A stretch of 64,000 nucleotides of DNA from positions 512,001 through 576,000 of the forward strand of contig CAVSGI010000008.1 in NCBI GenBank assembly GCA_963727445.1. The letters run 5' to 3'. Position 1 is the stretch's first letter, and each line of letters begins with the position of its first letter. A program made the position numbers and the translations under genes. Below the pieces are notes generated by a model. The model was not told the DNA's origin and made no database searches. It saw only the letters and a program-made list of their open reading frames with translations. This stretch comes from an uncultured delta proteobacterium (GTDB lineage: Bacteria; Myxococcota_A; Polyangia; Polyangiales; B10-G4). This document shows, in pieces, positions 35,129 through 44,900 of this stretch.

Positions 35129-38100
35129 GCGACGAGGAGTCCAACACTCTCGCTGGGGGCCGCCCGCGGCCCCTCCCCGAAGCTTTCGGCCCGTATCGGG
35201 TAGAGGGGATCGTCGGCTCGGGCGGTTTCGGAACCGTCTACCGCGCGCGACGCGAGGACCAGGTCGTGGCCCTCAAGGTGCTGGCGTCGCACTTCGCTTC
35301 GCGCGACATGCGCCGCCGCTTCGTGCGCGAAGGCAACATCCGAATCGAGCATCCCAACGTGGTGCGGGTGATCGAGGCGGGCTCGACCGAGGCGGGCGAC
35401 GACTACATCGCGCTCGAGCTCCTCGAGGGCAAGCCGCTCACCGAGCGCCTCGAGCAGGCGCCGATCCGGGTGCGAGAAGCGGTGCGCATCGGGCTCGACG
35501 TCTGCGCCGGCCTCGCCGCCGCGCACGATCAGGGCATCGTCCACCGCGACCTGAAGCCCGGCAACGTCTTCCTCTGCGACGACGGGCCGGCGAAGGTGCT
35601 CGACTTCGGTATCGCGCGCTGGCTCACGCCGACGCCGGACCAACAGCTCACCCGCGAGGGCTCGGTCGTCGGAACGCCCGGCTACCTCTCGCCCGAGCAG
35701 GCCAAGGGCGCCATCGACGTGGACGCTCGCACCGACGTCTGGGCGCTCGGGGTCATCCTCTATCAGGCGCTCTCGGGCGTCTCGCCTTTCCTCCGCGACT
35801 CCTCGGTAGCCACCATCCTCGCGGTGGTCCTCGAGGAACCCGAGCCGTTGGCCGAGCGTGCCGAAGGCCTGCCCGACGGGCTCCCGGAGATCGTCGACCG
35901 CTGTCTGAAGAAGGATCCCGAGGACCGATGGCCCAGCGCGCGGGCGCTCGCTACGGCGCTCGCTCAGGTGGACCTCGATGCGCGTCCCACGCGGGTGCCG
36001 GGGCCGGCCGCCGGGCACAGCCTCCCGGCCGACGAGCAGCGCGTGGTGGCCTTGCTCCTCGCCTCGGGCGTGCGCGACGTGAAGACCCTCTCGGCCACGG
36101 TGGCCGAATGGGGTGGCGAGGTGATCCCGATGGTGGGCCATCGGGTGATCGGCGTCTTCGGCGGCCGCCAGTGGGAGGGCGACGAGGCCAAACGCGCGGT
36201 GAGCGCCGCGCTCGCTGCGCGAGGGTGCGCCGACCACGTCGCGGTCGCCTCGGGGCGCGCGACCGGCGCGCGCGGAACGGTGTCGGGAGACGCCGTTCGC
36301 GCGGTCGAGCGTGCCTGCGCCGCGCGCCGCGACGGCGTAGCGGTGGACGAGGTCGCGGCGCGCAGCCTCGCCGGGGTGGAGCTCCGCGAGATCACCTCGG
36401 GGCTCTTCGAGATCCCGAAGGGCGCTCGCATCTCGGTCTCGGAGCCGCCGCTCCCCGCCGATCTCTTGCCGCTCCTCGGGCGCAACGCCGAGATGGCGCA
36501 GCTCCGCGCAGCGGTTTCGATGATGCACGAAGAAGGCCGGCCCGTGGTGGCGTGGGTCTCGGGGCCACCCGGCATCGGCAAGAGCCGCCTGCGCCAGGAG
36601 TTGGTCGCCCAGCTCCTCTCGGAGGACGAGCCGGTGCGCGTCCTCTTCGGCGCCGGCGAGTCGCACCGTCGCGAGACGAGCCTCCACCTCGTCGCGAGCG
36701 CGCTGAGGAGCGCGGCCTTCGACGGAGAGGACGGAGACCGGCCCGCGATGCTGGAGGCGTTCTGCAACGACGCCCTCGGCGATCCGGTGTGGGGTGCGGA
36801 CGCCTCGGCCGCCCTCGGCCGTCTCTTCGGACACGAGCCGAAGAGCCGTACGTCGATCGTCCGCGCCAGCGACCCTCAGCTCCAGTCGGATCGCGTGCGG
36901 GTGGCGCTGGGCGACGTGCTCATCGGGCTGGCCTCGAAGGGGCCGATGGCGTTGGTGCTCGACGACGTTCAGTGGGCGGACTCCGAGTCCTTGGACTTCC
37001 TCGAAGAGCTCCTCGATCGGATGGAGGAGCACACCTTCCTGCTCTTGATCTCTGCGCGTGCGGAGCTCGCGGAGGAGCATCCCGATCTCTTCGCGACCCA
37101 CGACGTGATCCGCATCCAACCGCGCGGTCTGGTTCAAGCCCGCGTGGCGGAGCTCGCCACCGCGATCGCGGGCACCTCCCTGCGCGAGCGCCTGGTGCGC
37201 ACGGTGACGGCCCGCAGCGGGGGCAATCCCTTCTTCGTCGAACAGATCGTGCGCGAGCTGATCGAGAAGGGCCAGCTCGACTCCGACCTCGAGGAGCTGC
37301 CGATCCCCCTCAACGTCGAGGCAGCGGTACAGTCCCGCCTCGACCATCTGCCTACGGAGGAGAAGCGCCTGCTCCAGCGCGCCTCGGTCTTCGGGCCCTC
37401 GTTCACTTCGGAAGGCCTCGCTGCGCTCGGCGTCCCCAATCCGGACGCGCTCCTCGTCGCCCTCGCGCGGCGCGGGCTCGTCTCTTCGCGGGGACGCGGC
37501 CGCGGCTCGGGCGAGTACCATTTCCGAAATGCGCTGGTCGCCGACGTCGCCTACCGGATGCTGGCACGCCACACCAGCCAGGAGCTGCACAAGCGCGCGG
37601 CGAAGTTCCTCGAGGCTGCGCCCGACGCAGACCAGGAGGTGATCGCCCATCATCACGAGCTCGGCGCCGAGACCGAAGCCGCGGCCGAGAGCTATACCTT
37701 GGCCACCCACGCCGCCGCACGGCGTGGCGACACCCTCGGCGTCATTCGCTGCAGCGACAGGGCGCTCAGCCTCGGCGCACCCCCGAAGGCGCGTTTCGCG
37801 CTCTACATGGCGCGAGCCGACGCGCTGCAGTTCGCGGGGCGGCGCGAGGAGCAGGCGCGCGCCGTGGAGGCCGCCATCGCCCACGCCGAAGACGCCGGCC
37901 AGCGCGCCCGTGCCCTCACGGCCCGGGTCGCCCACCTCGCCGCCACAGGCGCCCACGAGAAGGGTTTGGTCGTGGCCCGCGAAGCGATCGCCGCCGCCGG
38001 TGAGAGCGGCGACGCCGATGCGCTGGCGATGGCGCTGGTGCGTTTCAGCTGGGCGAGCCTCTACGCGGGGCGCATCGACGACGCCGAAGAGGAGATCGCT

Positions 38101-38937
38101 GCCGCTGCCGACATCGAGGGCGAGCTCTCGCAGGAAGCCGCCGCGCTCATCGCCGCGTCGAAGGGACGAATCGCCACTGCGCGCGGCGATCTCGGCGCGC
38201 GCCTCGACGCGTTCCAGCGGTCGGTGGAGCTCTGTCGCCAGGTCGGAGACCTCCGGCGCGCCGCGCAGGAAGAGAGCAACCTCGCCGACACCTTCAACCG
38301 GCTCGGCGCCTACGAGGACGCCGAAAAGGCGCTCCGGACCGCGCTCGACATGACGCGCCGGGTCGGCAACAAGATCGCCGAAGCCTTCGCGATGGCAAAC
38401 CTGGGTTACGCTCTCATCCGCCTCGGGCGTCAGGACGAAGCGCTGGACGCCCTCGACCACGCCGACGCGCTCGCGGCCGAGGTGGGACAGCGTTACCTGG
38501 GGATCGCGGTGCGCGTGTATCGGGCGCGGGCGCTCCTGTCGATGGGGCGCGCCGAGGAGTCGGCGCGCGAGGCCGAGCAGGCCGCGGACGAGGCGCGGCG
38601 CGCCGAAGTGCCGGCGCTCGCAGCGACCGCGCTCACCGCGGCCGCGGATGCGTGGCTGGCGCGCGGCGACATCGACATGGCGCTCGCCCTCTCCGGCCGC
38701 GCCCTGTCTCTGCGGGACGAGCTCGGCGCGCTGGAGGAAGCGGAGGCGGAGGTATTCCTGACGCACGCGCGAGCGCTGCGCGAGAGCGGCCGACTCGACG
38801 AAGCGGACCAGGTCGCGCAGCGCGGGCGCGAGCGTCTGGACGAGCTGGCGGCGCAGATCGCGGACGAAGAGCTCCGGCGACGCTTTTTCGAGGACGTCGA
38901 AGAGAACCGCGCGCTAGCAGCGTTTTCGGCGCGATGA
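35125..38937 (+). CDS. Ser/Thr kinase, degenerate cyclase-like domain, STAND/AAA ATPase, TPR
   Basis: GSGGFGTV, HRDLKPGN, DFG; Walker A GPPGIGKS, Walker B LVLDDVQWAD, SGGNPFF; Ala-rich helical repeats. Confidence 0.88.
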   Translation: MSDEESNTLAGGRPRPLPEAFGPYRVEGIVGSGGFGTVYRARREDQVVALKVLASHFASRDMRRRFVREGNIRIEHPNVVRVIEAGSTEAGDDYIALELLEGKPLTERLEQAPIRVREAVRIGLDVCAGLAAAHDQGIVHRDLKPGNVFLCDDGPAKVLDFGIARWLTPTPDQQLTREGSVVGTPGYLSPEQAKGAIDVDARTDVWALGVILYQALSGVSPFLRDSSVATILAVVLEEPEPLAERAEGLPDGLPEIVDRCLKKDPEDRWPSARALATALAQVDLDARPTRVPGPAAGHSLPADEQRVVALLLASGVRDVKTLSATVAEWGGEVIPMVGHRVIGVFGGRQWEGDEAKRAVSAALAARGCADHVAVASGRATGARGTVSGDAVRAVERACAARRDGVAVDEVAARSLAGVELREITSGLFEIPKGARISVSEPPLPADLLPLLGRNAEMAQLRAAVSMMHEEGRPVVAWVSGPPGIGKSRLRQELVAQLLSEDEPVRVLFGAGESHRRETSLHLVASALRSAAFDGEDGDRPAMLEAFCNDALGDPVWGADASAALGRLFGHEPKSRTSIVRASDPQLQSDRVRVALGDVLIGLASKGPMALVLDDVQWADSESLDFLEELLDRMEEHTFLLLISARAELAEEHPDLFATHDVIRIQPRGLVQARVAELATAIAGTSLRERLVRTVTARSGGNPFFVEQIVRELIEKGQLDSDLEELPIPLNVEAAVQSRLDHLPTEEKRLLQRASVFGPSFTSEGLAALGVPNPDALLVALARRGLVSSRGRGRGSGEYHFRNALVADVAYRMLARHTSQELHKRAAKFLEAAPDADQEVIAHHHELGAETEAAAESYTLATHAAARRGDTLGVIRCSDRALSLGAPPKARFALYMARADALQFAGRREEQARAVEAAIAHAEDAGQRARALTARVAHLAATGAHEKGLVVAREAIAAAGESGDADALAMALVRFSWASLYAGRIDDAEEEIAAAADIEGELSQEAAALIAASKGRIATARGDLGARLDAFQRSVELCRQVGDLRRAAQEESNLADTFNRLGAYEDAEKALRTALDMTRRVGNKIAEAFAMANLGYALIRLGRQDEALDALDHADALAAEVGQRYLGIAVRVYRARALLSMGRAEESAREAEQAADEARRAEVPALAATALTAAADAWLARGDIDMALALSGRALSLRDELGALEEAEAEVFLTHARALRESGRLDEADQVAQRGRERLDELAAQIADEELRRRFFEDVEENRALAAFSAR

Positions 38938-40304
38938 GCGACGACCGCTCGAAGGAGAAGCTCCCCGGCCGATTGTCGCGCACGCTGCGGACCGCCTGGC
39001 TCGGCGGTTCGGTCGGCAGCAGCTATCTGCGGGGGCGGATCGCCGACGTCTTTCGCGATGCACGTGGCCGGGCCGAGGCCGAGTCGAAACGTCACGCCGA
39101 CAACGCCCGCCGGGCGGTGGACACCCTGACTGAGCTCCGCGGACCGGTGATGAAGGTCGGGCAGCTCCTCTCCACGCACACGCGGGTCATTCCGGGCGCC
39201 TGGTCAGACGAGCTGGTGACCCTCCAACAGAGCGCACCGCCCATGAGCTTCAGGACCATCGCGCGCGTGCTCGAGGAGGATCTCTCGGCACCGGTGGAGC
39301 GGCTCTTCCGCGAGCTCGGCGAGGAGGCGGTCGCCGCGGCGTCCCTGGGTCAGGTACATCGCGGCGTCCTGCACGACGGCACCGAGGTCGCGGTGAAGGT
39401 GCAGTACCCGGGCGCGGAGGACTCGGTCGAAGGCGACGTTCGGAACATCGAGCTCGGCGCCAGCGTGCTCAAGCGGCTGCTCGCCGACGCCCTGGGTCAG
39501 GATTGCCTCGACGTCACGCCGATGGCCGAAGAGATGGCGGAGCACCTGCGGCAGGAGACCGACTACTGTCGCGAGGCCTACAACGCCAAGCTGATCGCGC
39601 GCCTCTTCGTCGACGATCCCATGATCGTCGTGCCACGCGTCCACGACAGCCACTCGGGCCTCCGAGTGATCACCTACGACTGGCTCGAAGGCGAGGAGCT
39701 CGACGCAGGCCTGACGCACTCGGACGCGAGCATACGCGAGCGAACCGCCACCCAGCTGCTCCACGCGTTCTGGCACCAGCTCTTCCGTGGCGGCGTCCTG
39801 CACGCCGACCCGCACCCCGGCAACTACCGCATCCTCACAGACGGTCGCCTGGGTCTGCTCGACTACGGCTGCGTGAAGATCTTCTCGGAGCACTTCATGA
39901 CGCACTTCACCGAGATGGTGCTGGCGCAGATGGCGGGGGACGACGCGCGTCTAATCGCGTCGATGGTGGCCCTCGAGCTGGTGGACGACCCCGAAAACGA
40001 AGCGGAGGTCGACGACATCCGACGCCTCGCCGACTACTGCTCGATCGGCATCGGCGAGACGGGCGACCACGACTTCGGCGAGTACAGCTACGTGGATGAG
40101 GGGCGCGCGCTCGTCGCACACTTCCTCGCGCGCCGGAGCCCTCCCCCATCGCAACGCGACTTCCTCTTTCTGACGCGCGTGGTCCTCGGCTACTACGAAT
40201 ACCTGAGCCGAGCGCGGGCGAAGCTCGGCTTTCGTCAGATGGCGGAGGGCTACGTCGAAGGCGGCTTCACGGGCCGGCTCGTCGACATCCCGCCCTACGG
40301 CTGA
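38934..40304 (+). CDS. ABC1/UbiB/AarF-family atypical kinase
   Basis: MKVGQLLS, AAASLGQVH, VAVKVQYPG, HADPHPGN, LLDYG; ATGA overlap. Confidence 0.92.
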   Translation: MSDDRSKEKLPGRLSRTLRTAWLGGSVGSSYLRGRIADVFRDARGRAEAESKRHADNARRAVDTLTELRGPVMKVGQLLSTHTRVIPGAWSDELVTLQQSAPPMSFRTIARVLEEDLSAPVERLFRELGEEAVAAASLGQVHRGVLHDGTEVAVKVQYPGAEDSVEGDVRNIELGASVLKRLLADALGQDCLDVTPMAEEMAEHLRQETDYCREAYNAKLIARLFVDDPMIVVPRVHDSHSGLRVITYDWLEGEELDAGLTHSDASIRERTATQLLHAFWHQLFRGGVLHADPHPGNYRILTDGRLGLLDYGCVKIFSEHFMTHFTEMVLAQMAGDDARLIASMVALELVDDPENEAEVDDIRRLADYCSIGIGETGDHDFGEYSYVDEGRALVAHFLARRSPPPSQRDFLFLTRVVLGYYEYLSRARAKLGFRQMAEGYVEGGFTGRLVDIPPYG

Positions 40305-40307
40305 TGG

Positions 40308-41306
40308 TCAGCGCTCGCGCGCGAAGACGAACCACTGCCCGTCGGCCAGGTCGTTGACGCCGCACTTCTTCAGAGCGTCGTCCTCGCCCCAATCGGTCCC
40401 GTCGGACTGATTCGAATCCATCCCGCGATCGTCGAAGTCGATCGTGAAGTCACCGGTGTCGCCGCACTCGTCCTCGCCCTCGAGGAACCCGCTGTTCGCC
40501 GTGTAAGGGTCGCCTTCGGGGAGGGACACGTCGGCGATGTTGTCACGCCGCGCAGGCATTCCGTCATCGGCGTTGAGGCCGTCGTCCCCTTCTTCGAAGC
40601 AGCTGTCCGCGTCGGCCCCGCTGGTCCACTCGCCGTACCAGATCACGTCGTAGAACGAGAGGTCGACAGTGAAGGGATCCTCGGCCGCGCCGGGATCCGA
40701 GCGGCAAGTGAAGCGCACGTCGAAGCTCGTCGCCAGATCGCGCAGCCCCGACCAGATGCCCTCGTTCGCCATGGCCGGCTCCAGCGTCCGGAGGTCCCCG
40801 TAGTAGTCGCTCGCCTCGTCGTCGAAGGTCGTGCCACGGGTGCTCCCCACCAGCGTCCAGCCCCCTTCGTCGGTGGTCATGTCGCAGTGGATCTCGTAGA
40901 CCGGGCCCCCGTCCGCCGGCCGAAGGAGGTACACGCCGTCCGCCGTCTCGCCCGCGGTGAGCGCGGCGGCGCAGGAGGTGTAAACGGTGGCGGACGCGCA
41001 GATCCCTTCGTCGATCGCCGTGTCGCAGTCGTCGTCTTCGCCGTTGCACACTTCGGGCATCTCGAGGCACATGCCGCCGGTGTCGGCGGGCGCGACGTCG
41101 GCGGGGGCGTCGGCGGGAGCGTCGGCGGAAGCGTCGGGCGGAGCGGAATCGGCGGAAACCGCCGCGTCCCCCGCAGGCACACAGTGATCGGTCGCGTCGC
41201 AGACCCAACCGTCGACGCAGGGACAGCTTCGGTTCGCCAGGTCGAGATCGCCGACGCTGCATCCAAAGAGCAGCACGAGCGCGACCGTCGTCCAGCGGAG
41301 ACCCAT
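40308..41306 (-). CDS. Cys-rich lipoprotein with fibrinogen-like domain
   Basis: LLFGC lipobox; EVCNGEDDDCDTAIDEG; SCAAAL...DGVY...HCDMTTDEGGWTLV. Confidence 0.75.
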   Translation of the reverse strand: MGLRWTTVALVLLFGCSVGDLDLANRSCPCVDGWVCDATDHCVPAGDAAVSADSAPPDASADAPADAPADVAPADTGGMCLEMPEVCNGEDDDCDTAIDEGICASATVYTSCAAALTAGETADGVYLLRPADGGPVYEIHCDMTTDEGGWTLVGSTRGTTFDDEASDYYGDLRTLEPAMANEGIWSGLRDLATSFDVRFTCRSDPGAAEDPFTVDLSFYDVIWYGEWTSGADADSCFEEGDDGLNADDGMPARRDNIADVSLPEGDPYTANSGFLEGEDECGDTGDFTIDFDDRGMDSNQSDGTDWGEDDALKKCGVNDLADGQWFVFARER

Positions 41307-41938
41307 CAGGTGAATCTTAGCGCATCCGCAGTCTCCGCCGGACGAGGCGGGATCCCGCCGGGAACCTCCGCCGCGCTGAGGAGCCCCCGTGCCCACAAGG
41401 TCCGCTTCACCATCACCTCGACAAAAGCCAGAAGGGGCGCCTCGAGCGCTCGCCCTTCGAGGATCCCGAGGGCGCGCGCCACGGCTTCGAGGGTGGAGAG
41501 CTGCTCGGGCCGCGCGCCGTGCCGCATGTAGCCCACCGCGCGGACGCCGGCCGGTAGCGATACCCGCGGCAGCTCCGAGAGGAGCGGATCGCGACCCGCG
41601 ATGCGCCGAGCCTGGCGGTAGGTGCCGTCCGGGACGTAGAGCGCTGAGGGCGCGCGCTCTGGATCGAGCGGTCGCGCGTCGTCGCTGGGGAAGAGCAGCG
41701 CGGCCCCGGCCGGCGGCGCCGGCGTCTCGGTGCGCAACACGAGCGCGCCGCGCGCGAGGCAGCGCGGAACGAAGCGCCCGGTGTTGGTGGGCTTTTGGAG
41801 CTCCTGCGGGTGGGCGACCACCACCACCGGGACCCGGTTGTCCACGCGCGGGACCAGCGCGCAGAGGCACAGGCGCTCCGGCATGCGGCAGGCGACGCAG
41901 CGGGGCGTGCGGAAGCCGCGCTTCTGTCGGGTCGCCAT
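41306..41938 (-). CDS. DTW-domain tRNA aminocarboxypropyltransferase-like protein
   Basis: RCVACRMPERLCLC, HPQELQKPTNTG, LLFP, PDGTY, LSTLEA. Confidence 0.85.
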   Translation of the reverse strand: MATRQKRGFRTPRCVACRMPERLCLCALVPRVDNRVPVVVVAHPQELQKPTNTGRFVPRCLARGALVLRTETPAPPAGAALLFPSDDARPLDPERAPSALYVPDGTYRQARRIAGRDPLLSELPRVSLPAGVRAVGYMRHGARPEQLSTLEAVARALGILEGRALEAPLLAFVEVMVKRTLWARGLLSAAEVPGGIPPRPAETADALRFT

Positions 41939-41971
41939 CGCCCCTTCCTTAGCACATGACGCCGTCGCGCA

Positions 41972-44900
41972 TCATTTGATGTCGAGGCGTTTGAGCATCT
42001 TCTGCAGGCCGTAGCGCGAGACGCCCAGGAGCTTGGCGGCCTTCGTCTGGTTTCCCTGACAGCGGGTGAGGGCGTCGCCGATCAAGCGCCGCTCGAGCAC
42101 TCGGACCTGGCCCTTGAGGTCCAGCTCGTCGACCGCCTCGTCGACGGCGTCACCGCGCACCGCCTGTGAGAGATGCTCCGGCTGGATGCGCCCGCGAGAG
42201 AGCACCAGCGCACGCTGGATTTCGTTTTCCAGCTGCCGGACGTTGCCCGGCCAGGCGAAGGCCGAAAGCAGAGAGAGCGCCCGCGCGTCGATCTCCGCGT
42301 CGCCGTCGGGGTCGTGTCGCTCGAGAAAGTGCGCGACGAGGGCCGGGATGTCCTCACGCCGCTCTCGCAGCGGCGGCAGCTCGACGGTGACGACCGCCAG
42401 ACGGTAGAAGAGGTCCTCACGAAACGCGCCCTGTGACACCAACGAGGGCAGATCGCGGTGGGTCGCGGTGACCAGGCGCACGTCCACCTTGCGGGAGCGC
42501 GACGATCCCACCGGGCGGATCTCCCCCTCCTGAACGGCGCGCAGGAGCTTGGCCTGAAGCGCGGGGCTCATCTCTCCAATCTCGTCCAGGAAGAGCGTGC
42601 CACCTGCGGCCGCCTCGAAGAGGCCGATCCGCGCGCGGTCTGCGCCGGTGAATGCACCGCGCTCGTGACCGAAGAGCTCGCTCTCGAGGAGCGTCTCGGG
42701 AATGGCGCTCACGTTCTCGATCACGAAAGGGCCCTCGGCGCGCTCGCTCAGCCGATGGAGCGCCCGCGCCACGAGCTCTTTTCCGGTACCGCTCTCGCCT
42801 GTGACCATCACGGGCACGTGCGAAGGAGCGACGCGCTCGACCAGGGAGAGGACCTTGTGCATGGCGTCGCCCCGGCCCACGATCCCGAGGTCCTCCGCCG
42901 GCGCGCCAGCCGAGCGTTTGAGGCTCTCGATCTGACGCGCCTGCGCCTCGACGCGATGCGCGAGGCGCAGGCCACGCACCTCGAGGCGCCGGCGGGAGCG
43001 GCGCTCGCGACGCAGACGCTCGGCCCCGTCGAGGGCGATGGAGGAGAGGTCGGCCAGGTCCGACAGGAGCGCCACGTCCTCCGGGCCGAAGGCTCCGGGG
43101 CGGAGCCGGTCATCGAGGTAGATGGCGCCGCGCACCTCCCCCTCGCGCTTGAAGGGGACGGCGACGACCGAGCGCAGGGCGAGCGCATGAACGCTGGCGG
43201 CACCGTCGAGGCGTTCGTCGCGGAGCGCGTCCACGGTGGAGATCGGCGCCCCCGAGTCGATCGCGCGCGCGGCGAGGGAGCGCGAGAAGAGTCGCGCGTC
43301 CTCGTCGATGGTCTTGCGGTCGAGCCCACGCGCCACCCGCACCCGCAGCGCGCCGTCGTCTTTTCGAACGACGATGAAGCCGCGCTCGGCGCCGGAGAGA
43401 TCGATGGCGGCGTCGAGGATCTCTTCGTAGAGGCGCGCGACCCTGCGCTCCGCGGTGAGCCTCCGCGCGTAGAAGACCAGGCGGCGAAAGCGTTCGTCGC
43501 CGGCGCGCTCACCGTCGGAGCGCGGCACGGCCGCGAACGCGCGCTGATACGCCGCGACGGTGCGCATGCGCGCACGGGCGGCGGGTGGCAGCGTATTGGC
43601 CGCGGCGTCGAGGAGGGCGCGCGCGGCCGACAGGTGACGCCGGGCGCCCTCGTGATCGGCGGCCGCATCGGCGGCGTCGGCGGAGGAGAGGATCGCGCGA
43701 AGCCGGGCTTCGTAGCTGCCGAAACGCTCCGCGCTGGTGCGCGCGTCGGCCGCCGCGGACAGCGCCGCCTCCGCGTCGCCTTCGGCGAGGGCCACCCGGG
43801 CCGCCGCCACCGCGAGCTCGGTGCGGCCGAGCTCCGAGCCGTCCTCGGCCGCCGCCGCGCGCGCCTCCGCGAGCGAGGCGCGCGCTTCGCTCATGTCGCC
43901 CAGCGCCGCGAGGATCTGCGCCCGGCGCGAGCTCACCACCGCGCGATCGCGAGGCGTGGCGCTCTCGGCCCCGGAGGCGGCCTCCTTCGCTGCGCTCCGC
44001 GCGCGCTGGAGCTTGCCGCCGCGAAGCGCGATCTCCGCGTCCAAGATCGCCGCGAAGGCAGCCGCCGAGCGATCCCCCGCGCGCGCCGAGGCCGCGCGCG
44101 CGCTCTTCACCGCGACTGTGGCCAGGTCGTCGTCTCCGGCGAGCACCCCCGCCAAGCCGAGGTTGTAGAGCGCGCGACAGAGATCCTGATCGCGACCGAG
44201 GCGCGCCAGACGGCGCGCCCCGTCCCGGAGCGCGTCGGTCGCCTGACCGAGGTCGCCCGCATCGAGTCGCGTGACGCCGAGGTTCAACAGATACGCCGCC
44301 GCGCCATGCAGCTCGCCCGCGGCTTCGGCGAGCTCGAAGGCGCGCCCGTATCGTTCGGCGGCGCGACGGATCTCGCCGCGGCTCAGGGCGATGGATGCGG
44401 CCACGGCGTGGGCGCGCGCCTCGATCGCGGGCGCGCGGCCCCGCCGAGCCGCGGCGATGGCCCGCTCGGCCAGCTCGCTCGCCTCCCCCGGCTCCCCGGC
44501 GTAGAGCGCACAGAGGGCGGCCACTTCGCAGAGTCTGCCCTCGCCCACGGCGTCACCCTCCGCCGTCGCCTCGGCCGCCCCCGCCGTGGCCTTCGACAGC
44601 GCGGCCCGCGCCTCACCCCCGTCGAGCATCAGCCGCGCAGCGGTCGCGCGCGCCGCGAAGCGCACCGAGGGATCGTCCGAGGTGATCGCCGGCGGCACGG
44701 TCTCGGCCGCCTCTTCGCGCCGCCCCGAGAGGCGCAAGAGCTCCGCGCGAAGTGTGATCGCCGCGAGATCCTCGTCTGCGTCGAGCACCTCGAGGGCCTC
44801 GCGATAGCGTCCGCGGGCGCGAAGGGCGTCGGCGAGTGCGCGCCCGACCCGCGCGGAGGATTGGCCGAAGACCGCTTCCGAGAGGCGGGCGAGGGCGATG

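Noticed and set aside
32479..38937. 2152-aa lipoprotein-kinase-STAND giant fusion
   Set aside because: The first 230 aa are a shadow frame over larC; removing one G near 35030 ends the lipoprotein at a TGA overlapping the kinase GTG, a normal gene junction.
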